Of a stretch of DNA of 27,519 nucleotides, positions 18,025 to 25,895 are shown piece by piece. The translations under genes and the position numbers were made by a program. Under the pieces are notes generated by a model. It searched no databases. It was given only the letters and a program-made list of their open reading frames with translations, and was not told where the DNA came from. The DNA lies in the NCBI GenBank assembly GCA_043805205.1, contig JAZDIF010000074.1:1-27519 (forward strand), in the 5' to 3' direction. This stretch comes from Candidatus Micrarchaeota archaeon. GTDB lineage: Archaea; Micrarchaeota; Micrarchaeia; Norongarragalinales; Norongarragalinaceae. How positions within the stretch are numbered: position 1 is the stretch's first letter; the number at the start of each line of letters is the position of its first letter.

Positions 18025-19992
18025 GTGGTTTTGGAAATCTCTCTCGCAGCTGGAGTCCTTGTTTTGCTAGTCGCCTTTTACCTAGTAACGTGGGTTTTGA
18101 AACAGCCTGCGGGAAACAAGAGAATGCAGGAAATCGCCTCGGCCATCCAGGAGGGAGCACAGGCTTACCTGCTGAGGCAGTACAAGACGCTCGTAGTGTT
18201 CGTGGCAGTGCTTTTCGTTTTGATAGGCTGGTTTGTCGGCTGGAACACTGGAATAGCTTTCCTGGCCGGAGTGCTTACTTCAGCATTGGCAGGTTACATT
18301 GGAATGATGGTTAGCGTAAGAGCTAACGTGCGCACTGCCCAAGCGGCTGAAAAAGGATTGGCTGAAGCGTTGAACGTGGCGGTCAAAGGCGGAAGCGTCA
18401 CTGGACTGGCTTTAGTGGGCTTGGGGTTGCTGGGCGTAGCGGGAATTTACGTTTTGTACAACGACCTGGCGGTTTTGGTCGGATTCGGGTTTGGCGCGTC
18501 GCTAATGTCCTTGTTCGCCAGGGTTGGGGGCGGTATTTACACTAAAGCGGCCGACGTTGGTGCGGATTTGGTGGGAAAAATTGAAAAGGGAATTCCCGAG
18601 GACGACCCGAGAAACCCGGCTGTAATAGCCGACAACGTGGGCGATTGTGCTGGAATGGCCGCCGACTTGTTCGAGTCTTTCGCGGTTACGATAATCGCTG
18701 CGATGCTTCTTGGAGTGACGCTGGGAGAGTCTTACGTCTTACTGCCTCTGCTGATCGGATCGGCTGGAGCAATCGCTTCCGCGTTGGGCATTTGGTTTAT
18801 TTCAGTAGGCAAGAGCAAGAACATAATGCACGCTTTGTACAAGGGCGTGATTGCAACTTCGGTTTTCGCCATTGCAGGATTCTGGTACTTCACCCAATCC
18901 AACTTAATGCTTTTCTACGCGTCTCTAGTGGGGGTTGCGGCGACGATTTTGATCGGGTTGATTACAGAATACTATACCTCCAAAGACTACGGCCCGGTGA
19001 AGGAAATCGCAACCGCAGCCAAGACCGGCGCTGGAACGAACTTGATTCAAGGTTTGGCAGTTGGCTTGGAAAGCACGGCTTTGCCTGCGCTAGTCATCAT
19101 AGCCGCAATCGCCGTTTCTTACTCCCTTGCAGGAGGAAACCCAGCGTTGGGCGTTTACAATATTGCTCTTGCAGCCGTAGCAATGCTTTCGCTCACCGGA
19201 ATAATCATTACTCTCGACGCTTACGGGCCGATTACCGACAATGCCGGCGGGATAGCGGAAATGAGCGGAATGCCGTCGAGCGTAAGAAGGGTTACGGACC
19301 CGTTGGACGCGGTGGGGAACACTACTAAAGCCACTACGAAAGGGTTTGCCATTGCCGGCGCTGCGTTGGGAGCGTTGGCGTTGTTCGCAGCTTTCGCGGA
19401 ATCCACCGGCTTGACGGCAATAAACCTCCTTGCTCCAGCCGTAGTCGTCGGCTTGTTCATAGGCGCGTTAATGCCTTTCCTGTTCGCTTCCTTCCTCATG
19501 AAAGCCGTTGGAAGGACGGCTTTTCAAATCGTGGAGGAAGTGCGAAGGCAATTCCGCCAGATGAAGGGGTTGATGAGCGGAAAGCAAAAGCCCGATTACG
19601 CGAAAGCGGTTGACATAGCGACGACCGGCGCTTTGAAGGAATTGATGGTGCCCGGCGCAATGGCAGTTTTAACGCCTTTGCTCGTCGGCTTTTTGTTCGG
19701 AGCCCAGGCGTTGGGCGGGTTGCTGGCGGGAGCGATTGCATCCGGATTCCTTTTGGCGGTGTTCATGGCAACCGGAGGAGCGGCGTGGGACAACGCTAAA
19801 AAGTATATTGAAGAAGGGAATTTCGGCGGTAAGGGGAGCGACGCGCACAAAGCCGCAATCGTCGGCGATACTGTCGGCGACCCGTTCAAAGACACTGCCG
19901 GACCGTCGTTGAACGCGTTGATTAAAGTCGTGAACACCGTTTCCCTGGTGTTCGCCGGGGCGATCGTCGCGAACTCGCTCCTGCTGATTTAG
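18025..19992 (+). CDS. hppA: Membrane-bound H+-translocating pyrophosphatase, K+-independent type, with a 4-aa deletion in a catalytic motif
   Basis: GGGIYTKAADVGADLVGKIE, EDDPRNP, YGPITDNAGGIAEM, GNTTKATTKG (Lys at the K+-independence position), GAAWDNAKKYIE and GDTVGDPFKDTAGPSLN. GTG 18025 follows a GGTGG RBS. Confidence 0.93.
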   Translation: MVLEISLAAGVLVLLVAFYLVTWVLKQPAGNKRMQEIASAIQEGAQAYLLRQYKTLVVFVAVLFVLIGWFVGWNTGIAFLAGVLTSALAGYIGMMVSVRANVRTAQAAEKGLAEALNVAVKGGSVTGLALVGLGLLGVAGIYVLYNDLAVLVGFGFGASLMSLFARVGGGIYTKAADVGADLVGKIEKGIPEDDPRNPAVIADNVGDCAGMAADLFESFAVTIIAAMLLGVTLGESYVLLPLLIGSAGAIASALGIWFISVGKSKNIMHALYKGVIATSVFAIAGFWYFTQSNLMLFYASLVGVAATILIGLITEYYTSKDYGPVKEIATAAKTGAGTNLIQGLAVGLESTALPALVIIAAIAVSYSLAGGNPALGVYNIALAAVAMLSLTGIIITLDAYGPITDNAGGIAEMSGMPSSVRRVTDPLDAVGNTTKATTKGFAIAGAALGALALFAAFAESTGLTAINLLAPAVVVGLFIGALMPFLFASFLMKAVGRTAFQIVEEVRRQFRQMKGLMSGKQKPDYAKAVDIATTGALKELMVPGAMAVLTPLLVGFLFGAQALGGLLAGAIASGFLLAVFMATGGAAWDNAKKYIEEGNFGGKGSDAHKAAIVGDTVGDPFKDTAGPSLNALIKVVNTVSLVFAGAIVANSLLLI

Positions 19993-19993
19993 A

Positions 19994-22885
19994 ATGAATA
20001 AGAATAATTTCATTAAAGTTTTTCTGCCGGTCCTACTGGCGTGCTTGTTGCTAGCCGGTTGCACGATCATCCAAAAAACCAGTCCAACCGTAATTCCCTC
20101 TCCAACCAAAATTCCGACAGTCCAACCGACTTTGAAAGCGACGCCCACGCCCTCTCCAACGCCGAGCGCTACGCCCAAGCCAGAGTGTTTAATTGCCGCA
20201 GAACCTTCGTTCGAAACAGGTCCTTTCCAAGCGATAGTTTCAGCCCGTTTTTACAACCTTCCAGAGAGTTTTCAGAACGCAACGCTGAAGTGCAATGCTA
20301 CTGACAAGGGCACGTTAGTTCAAAGGCAGAATGATTCTTTCACAGGCGTGTGCTTTTATCCTGCCGTGAGCCAAAGGCAAAAGGCGTTTACGGCCAGCTT
20401 TAAAATACCGAATTCGAAAGCGTCTTGCGCAACCACGATTTTCGTAAACCCCGCGGCCAGCCCGACTCCTTCACCAAGCCCCACCCCCTCAGTAACTCCA
20501 AGCCCATCGCCAACAGCGCTGCCGCAGACCTTGTGCGGCAGCTTAAATTGCGAGCCAGGCACGTGCCCCGTGGAAGCTTGGAACAATGAAAAAGAAGGTT
20601 TGAAGACCAATATGATCCAGAAGCTTGATGCAAACGACCCGACCAACACTTTGTACGGCCTGCAGCAAGCCATCTATCCTTTCCTGATGTGGCTGGACAA
20701 ACAGCCGGACACTCCGGAAACACGCCAGATTCTCGACGAAATTGCGGAATTGCATCTAAAAGCGTTCGAATACCTCCAGCCATCCAGAGAACTGACGCGG
20801 AATGCTACGATTGGAATCTACAGCTGCAGCGGATTTCCTTACCTGGGCTGGCTTCAAGCAAACCAATCTGGTTCCAAAGGGTGGGTAAACTGCTCTCCAG
20901 GCACGGAAGAACCGGGAACATCCGTGCAGTACCTGTCTGCAGTCACTAAAACCATCGCGCTGGTCACCAAAATTCCGGAAGGCGAGCGCACGCAGAACCA
21001 GCGTGAATTGGTAGCCAAAACGCCGTTCATCAGCCAGACGTACGTGCGGTGGCTGACCCAACGACAGCACGTGGCTGGCACATTCCAAGACGGCAGTCTG
21101 CCGGACAACATCCGGGTCCTCGATGTGTCCATGCTGCTGGCAACCGGAATGCTCAATCTTCTGGAAGCGGTTGACGGCGGGAGGTTAACCCTGGGTGATT
21201 CACCAGACGACCTTGTAACTCATAAAAATCGTACCGACACCTTCAGGAATTATGCAATAAACACGGTCTGGCAACGAATCAAGCCGGACGGCAGCAGAGT
21301 AAAATGGTACGCGCTCACCGGCAACCTCAAGGATTCGGGCATGCAAGGACAACGCGCGGTTTTCGACGCCAACTGGCCGACAAACCCCAGCACGCCCGGT
21401 TATTGGTCTGGATTTCAATGCGCGTTCAACGAATCAACAACAAAACCGAACACCACCGCATACTGCCCTACTGTAAAACCGGGCAGCAACGCCACCAGAG
21501 TGACTTACGACATCAGCCACTTCAGGCGCGGAATATGGCTCCTGGATGCATACCAGAAATATGGCGATACCGCCGTTCGGGACGGGGCTACGACATTGAT
21601 CAGGGGCTTGGCACTGCAATTCGTAGACCAAGTCTGGGACGGAAATTGGACCAAGCCGCGGTACCGTAATTATTTTGCGGACAACAACGGCGATAAGGTG
21701 AACGGCTGGTATGGCGTGTGGCCGCTCATGGACGCGCCCTGGAAACGGAATTATAATTCGTATCTGCAATACTTCGCGTGGGCAAACTATAACGAACAGC
21801 TCAAGCAGCTCGCCGTAAACTTCTACAACTCGAAAGACCCGCTGGCAAAAACGCTCTCGAACTCCCCGTTCAACAGCTGCGCAAACCCCGTTTGCGGAAA
21901 CTTGGCTTGCGAGTCGGGCGAGAGCATAAGCTCGTGCCCCGCGGACTGCTGGGCGATATTAACCTACGGCACTATCAACACGCAAGAGTGGGTTGACAAG
22001 CTTCCCATAAGCCACCACCGCTTTGGGTCTTCAAAGTTGTATTCATACGACGATGTTAAAAGAACTTTGAACGCCGTGCCCGGCAGCGGCAAAATCTTTG
22101 CGATGTTGTACCAGATACAAAACAACGCCAGCTGGGCGAAGTACCTGGAGTACGCCGGTTGGTATTCGCAGTATAGCGCGCAAGACGATCCTAACCACAG
22201 GCTTTACGAAGCTAGCCTGGACGACTTCGCAGGCAGTACTTGGAAATATAGGGGAAACAACAGCTGGGGGTTGTATGGAGGCTATGGTTGGGGCACTGGT
22301 TACGATGTCGACGGGTTGAACCACCTGATAGATGTCGTAAAATCACAGAACCAGAACTTGAAATTCGGCATTACCGTTTACGAGAATGACTTGACGGCGA
22401 CGGTCGCTAACTTAACCGGCGGAAGGCAGTTGGTTTTTTCCGATGAAGTCATGCCCCCGTCACTAAAACAGCGTATTGACGTAATCCACTTTTTCCTGCT
22501 TTACAGGAAAAGCGTCGAAAATTACGACTCGTACTTAGCGCAGTTGCATTCTTTCTTTCCGGGAAACAAAATCATAATCGCCGCCTCTTACTCGTACGAC
22601 AGGATCGATCACAACGTGTGCGAGAAAGAAGGGGCGGATTATTGCACCGAAGACGAAGAGAAAGGCTACTTCGCCCAGGCTACGCAAAAGCAAGCCGAAC
22701 TGCTGAAAAGCGGCCAGATTTCCGGGATTGAATTCTATCCCGCCTACTTCGGCCTGGAAGCCTACCTGCCCTGGAACAGGGACCACAGCTGGGCGTGCAA
22801 CGATATCCCCCGGTGCATCAGGGTGACACAAGAAATGCGCAACTCGGCCTACCAGATACTCTGCAACGCCGGAGGTTACTGCTGA
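19994..22885 (+). CDS. 963-aa putative lipoprotein: Pro/Thr linkers, Ig-like module, two large probable carbohydrate-active domains, Cys-rich motifs
   Basis: Basic N-terminus, hydrophobic core and LLAG|C lipobox; TPTPSPTP linkers; a CGNLACESGESISSCPADC motif; Trp/Tyr/Asn-rich domains. Confidence 0.8.
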   Translation: MNKNNFIKVFLPVLLACLLLAGCTIIQKTSPTVIPSPTKIPTVQPTLKATPTPSPTPSATPKPECLIAAEPSFETGPFQAIVSARFYNLPESFQNATLKCNATDKGTLVQRQNDSFTGVCFYPAVSQRQKAFTASFKIPNSKASCATTIFVNPAASPTPSPSPTPSVTPSPSPTALPQTLCGSLNCEPGTCPVEAWNNEKEGLKTNMIQKLDANDPTNTLYGLQQAIYPFLMWLDKQPDTPETRQILDEIAELHLKAFEYLQPSRELTRNATIGIYSCSGFPYLGWLQANQSGSKGWVNCSPGTEEPGTSVQYLSAVTKTIALVTKIPEGERTQNQRELVAKTPFISQTYVRWLTQRQHVAGTFQDGSLPDNIRVLDVSMLLATGMLNLLEAVDGGRLTLGDSPDDLVTHKNRTDTFRNYAINTVWQRIKPDGSRVKWYALTGNLKDSGMQGQRAVFDANWPTNPSTPGYWSGFQCAFNESTTKPNTTAYCPTVKPGSNATRVTYDISHFRRGIWLLDAYQKYGDTAVRDGATTLIRGLALQFVDQVWDGNWTKPRYRNYFADNNGDKVNGWYGVWPLMDAPWKRNYNSYLQYFAWANYNEQLKQLAVNFYNSKDPLAKTLSNSPFNSCANPVCGNLACESGESISSCPADCWAILTYGTINTQEWVDKLPISHHRFGSSKLYSYDDVKRTLNAVPGSGKIFAMLYQIQNNASWAKYLEYAGWYSQYSAQDDPNHRLYEASLDDFAGSTWKYRGNNSWGLYGGYGWGTGYDVDGLNHLIDVVKSQNQNLKFGITVYENDLTATVANLTGGRQLVFSDEVMPPSLKQRIDVIHFFLLYRKSVENYDSYLAQLHSFFPGNKIIIAASYSYDRIDHNVCEKEGADYCTEDEEKGYFAQATQKQAELLKSGQISGIEFYPAYFGLEAYLPWNRDHSWACNDIPRCIRVTQEMRNSAYQILCNAGGYC

Positions 22886-22895
22886 ACAGGAAACC

Positions 22896-23171
22896 CTACG
22901 GCTGTTGCCGCTTGTATTTCTCGACGGCCTTCAAAGCGCTTATTCTTTTTCTTATTTCCTGTAATTCCTCGGAACTAGCGCCAGGATGCTGTGATAGAAA
23001 CTCCAAGTACTGCAAAGGGTTTTCAGCCACTTCGGGCTTCGCTTCTTCCAAGTGCTGTTTCAATATTGCGGCAAAATCGCCTTGTTTCTTTGCTTTTTTC
23101 AGCCTATCCAGCTGCTTGCGGCTGCGCTGAAATTCCGGGGGAAATTCACCGCGTTTAATGGGATTTACCAT
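22896..23171 (-). CDS. Orphan 91-aa charged helical protein
   Basis: ATG start, fills the gap between two genes, AT-rich promoter-like region upstream. No family recognised. Confidence 0.6.
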   Translation of the reverse strand: MVNPIKRGEFPPEFQRSRKQLDRLKKAKKQGDFAAILKQHLEEAKPEVAENPLQYLEFLSQHPGASSEELQEIRKRISALKAVEKYKRQQP

Positions 23172-23255
23172 GCAAACCTAACTGCTGTTAAAGTATAATT
23201 TCTTTTTGCTTTTGGGGTTGACTCCCGAAAAAGTATTGAAGAAAATAGGTTTTTA

Positions 23256-23274
23256 CGCCGGAAAGCTTCCGGCG
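23256..23274. other. Perfect 8-bp hairpin CGCCGGAA-AGC-TTCCGGCG just downstream of the pfkB-family gene
   Basis: Inverted repeat seen directly, 4 nt after the stop codon. No immediately adjacent T-run on the minus strand, so a terminator role is uncertain. Confidence 0.4.
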
Positions 23275-23278
23275 CGCT

Positions 23279-24169
23279 TCAAGCGAACGTGAGCCGCTCG
23301 TACTCCTTCAAGCGTTTTTCCACGTCGCCCTTGCTTATTTTCAGGAGTTTGTTCAAGCCGAAGTCCTCGACGCAAAAGCTCGCCATTACCGTTCCGTAAG
23401 AACACGCTTTCCTCAAGCTCTTCTCGCTTATTTTTCCTTTCTTGTCCAGCCATCCTGCGAAACCGCCTGCGAATCCATCCCCAGCTCCCGTGGGGTCCAC
23501 CACGTTTTCCAGCGGAAACGCGGGAAAGGGGAAAACGTCGTTTTCGAAAAACAACAATCCCCCGTGCTCTCCCTTCTTTATCACCACGATTTCCGGTCCC
23601 TTGCGTTGAATCGCCTTTCCAGCTTTGATAAGGTTGGTTTCCCCTTCGAGAATGCGCGCTTCCATCTCGTTGATGATGAAACCGCGGGTTTTCCTCAAAA
23701 ACTTGAGGACTTCCCGCTTTTGGCTTTTGATGAGGTATTCGATGATGTCCAGGAAAACGTTTTCCGCTTTCGCTTGGGCGTAAACGCGTTCGTTCAAGTC
23801 CAAGTGGTGGGTGTTGAGAAAAAGAATCCCGGCGTTCTTGAAGCTCTCAGGCACAATCCACTTTCCCTTTTCGAAAACGCCTTCCTTCAATCCCAGGAAC
23901 TTCCTGTCTTCCAAGTCGAAGCCGAACTTCGACTCGAAGCTGAACGTGTTGCCCTTCCTTCTCTCCACGCCGCTCAAGTCGCAGCGCTTGGAGAGTTCGC
24001 TCCAGTATTTTTGAGTGAAATCAGTCCCGACAGTGCTGACCAGCCCGGTTTTAGTGAAGAAAGAAGACGCTACGCCAAAGTAGGAAGCGGTTCCTCCCAA
24101 TTCCTTCCTCACGCTTTTGAACGGAGTGTGCGTGGTGTCGAAAGCAATGCTGCCTGCGCAAACGATCAT
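23279..24169 (-). CDS. PfkB family carbohydrate/nucleoside kinase
   Basis: GSIAFD and LGGTASY N-terminal signature, INEMEA, VIKKGEHG and VDPTGAGDGFAGGF C-terminal signature. Confidence 0.93.
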   Translation of the reverse strand: MIVCAGSIAFDTTHTPFKSVRKELGGTASYFGVASSFFTKTGLVSTVGTDFTQKYWSELSKRCDLSGVERRKGNTFSFESKFGFDLEDRKFLGLKEGVFEKGKWIVPESFKNAGILFLNTHHLDLNERVYAQAKAENVFLDIIEYLIKSQKREVLKFLRKTRGFIINEMEARILEGETNLIKAGKAIQRKGPEIVVIKKGEHGGLLFFENDVFPFPAFPLENVVDPTGAGDGFAGGFAGWLDKKGKISEKSLRKACSYGTVMASFCVEDFGLNKLLKISKGDVEKRLKEYERLTFA

Positions 24170-24172
24170 GTT

Positions 24173-25057
24173 TTACATTTCCTTCAAGCGTTTAATCCTT
24201 TCTTCAACAGGCGGGTGTGTGGAAAACAAGTTTTGCCAAGTGCTTGCTTTCATCGGGTTGGCGAAGAAAAGCGAAGCGGTTGTGGAATCCGCCGTTTTGA
24301 CGGGCAAAGCCTCAGCCTTGATTTTTTCCAGAGCTTGGGCCAAGCCGTCGGGATAGCGGGTTAGCGAAGCTCCCGTAGCGTCAGCCAAGTACTCCCTCTT
24401 GCGGGAAACTGCGAACTGCACGAGCTTTGCAAACAGGGGAGCGAGAATCACGAATAAGATGCCTATGATTGCAATCCACATTCCAATCCTATTGCCTTCC
24501 CTTCTGTTCCCGCCTCCCCAAAACATGCTTCTGAACGTTATGTTGGCGATTATTCCCACTATTCCCACCATGACTACCGCGAAAGTGACGAAGCGGATGT
24601 CGTAGTTCTTCACGTGGCTCAATTCATGCGCCAAAACGCCTTCGAGTTCGCTCTTGTCGAGCTTTTGCAAAGCGCCGGTAGTAACGCACACTACCGCATG
24701 CTGCGGGTCCCTGCCCGTGGCAAAAGCGTTGATTGCATTGTCTTCAAGATAGTACAGCCTTGGCTTGGGCAGTCCGGAAGCAATGCACAGTCCTTCCACC
24801 AGCGAGTGGTATTTCCTGAACTCGGGACCGTCCGCGGGCTTGGCGCCTGTCGCGGCTATGACCATGCTGTCGCTGTAGTAATACGAGCCTACTGCCATGA
24901 GGATTGCAATGAAAAAAGCGATTATGAAACCCGCTTCGCCCATTCCGGTGAGCAGCCCGAAGAAGAAAACGACTATCGCCACCAGCGCGAAGAGAAAAGC
25001 GACGAAAAGCCAGGATTTGAGCTTGTTGTCGCGAATCTGCCTGTGCAACTCCAACAC
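24173..25057 (-). CDS. htpX: Membrane zinc metalloprotease HtpX (M48 family)
   Basis: NAFATGRDP, LAHELSH (HEXXH), SRKREYLAD and STHPPVEERI. GTG start after a GGTGG RBS. Confidence 0.95.
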   Translation of the reverse strand: MLELHRQIRDNKLKSWLFVAFLFALVAIVVFFFGLLTGMGEAGFIIAFFIAILMAVGSYYYSDSMVIAATGAKPADGPEFRKYHSLVEGLCIASGLPKPRLYYLEDNAINAFATGRDPQHAVVCVTTGALQKLDKSELEGVLAHELSHVKNYDIRFVTFAVVMVGIVGIIANITFRSMFWGGGNRREGNRIGMWIAIIGILFVILAPLFAKLVQFAVSRKREYLADATGASLTRYPDGLAQALEKIKAEALPVKTADSTTASLFFANPMKASTWQNLFSTHPPVEERIKRLKEM

Positions 25058-25092
25058 TGCAAAGCCACCTTTTTCTGGGGGATGAAGAAACT

Positions 25093-25116
25093 AAAAAAAA
25101 AAGAAAGAAAAATAAA
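25093..25116 (-). terminator. Long T-rich tract (includes T10) after lemA
   Basis: The minus strand reads TTTATTTTTCTTTCTTTTTTTTTT starting about 17 nt after the lemA stop. Confidence 0.5.
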
Positions 25117-25133
25117 GCGGGGGGAAGCGGGGT

Positions 25134-25685
25134 TTAGAACGATACTTTCACGTTCTTCCTCTCGCTCTCGGCAGTTTGGAAGAACTCCCTTTTCTTGAAG
25201 CCGAACGGTCCTGCGAGAGTGTTGTTGGGGAAGACTTGAATGCCGTTGTTGTAGTCGAGAACAGAGTCGTTGTAAAACTGGCGGGCGTAAGCGATTTTTC
25301 CTTCAATGTCGCTCAACTCTTCCTGCAGTTCCTTGAAGTTGGCGCTCGCCTCGAGCTTCGGGTATGCTTCCGCAACGGCGAAAATGCTCTTGAGCGCGTC
25401 GGTGAGCATGTTGTTCGCCTTGGCCTTCTGCCCGATAGTCTGGGCGCGCAGCATGGCGCTTCTCGCTTCGGTAACTTCCTTGAACACTCCCCGCTCGTGC
25501 TTGGCATATCCTTTCACCGTTTCCACGAGGTTGGGAATCAAGTCGTTTCTTTTCTTTAATTGAACATCAATTTGCGACCAGGAGTTGTCCACAGTGTTCC
25601 TCGAGCGGATGAGCCCGTTGTACAACAATACGAGGAACAGCAGTACGATGAACACTAGCCCGCCGATAATCCATTCTATAGTCAT
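25134..25685 (-). CDS. lemA: LemA family protein
   Basis: N-terminal TM, YNGL, WSQIDVQLKKRNDLIPNLVETVKGYAKHE, AEAYPKL and ARQFYNDSV. The usual lemA-htpX pairing is present. Confidence 0.96.
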   Translation of the reverse strand: MTIEWIIGGLVFIVLLFLVLLYNGLIRSRNTVDNSWSQIDVQLKKRNDLIPNLVETVKGYAKHERGVFKEVTEARSAMLRAQTIGQKAKANNMLTDALKSIFAVAEAYPKLEASANFKELQEELSDIEGKIAYARQFYNDSVLDYNNGIQVFPNNTLAGPFGFKKREFFQTAESERKNVKVSF

Positions 25686-25756
25686 TCGACACCACCTTTT
25701 TGTTAAAACGATTAGCGAAACTTCCTTTAAAACGCTTTATTTCGAGCGGCTTAAAC

Positions 25757-25764
25757 TTAATAAA
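25757..25764 (+). promoter_or_regulatory. TATA-like box (TTAATAAA) for the C/D sRNA
   Basis: About 25-32 nt upstream of box C. Confidence 0.45.
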
Positions 25765-25785
25765 CTTCTCAAGAGCAAATGATTG

Positions 25786-25841
25786 TTAGTGATGATACCG
25801 TCCCAGTCTGACTTTGTGATGACCGAGGTAGCTTCTGATGA
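25786..25841 (+). ncRNA. Box C/D 2'-O-methylation guide sRNA (dual guide; predicted targets 23S rRNA G2251 and U2438, E. coli numbering)
   Basis: Box C GTGATGA 25789-25795, 12-nt guide TACCGTCCCAGT, box D' CTGA 25808-25811, box C' GTGATGA 25816-25822, 12-nt guide CCGAGGTAGCTT, box D CTGA 25835-25838. Both guides are complementary to conserved 23S domain V sequences recalled from memory. Confidence 0.93.
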
Positions 25842-25895
25842 AAGAAAACCCTGAAATAGAAGGGGTTTAAAAAGACACTATTCCTAGCCTTTTTG

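Noticed and set aside
17915-18160. 82-aa N-terminal extension of pyrF in the ORF track
   Set aside because: It runs through the divergent promoter and into hppA. The ATG at 17914 has a good RBS and gives a normal-length enzyme.
20080-20520. Repetitive-looking DNA in the lipoprotein gene as a CRISPR array or tandem repeat
   Set aside because: It encodes degenerate Pro/Thr/Ser linkers with no fixed repeat-spacer period. No CRISPR array was seen anywhere in the window.
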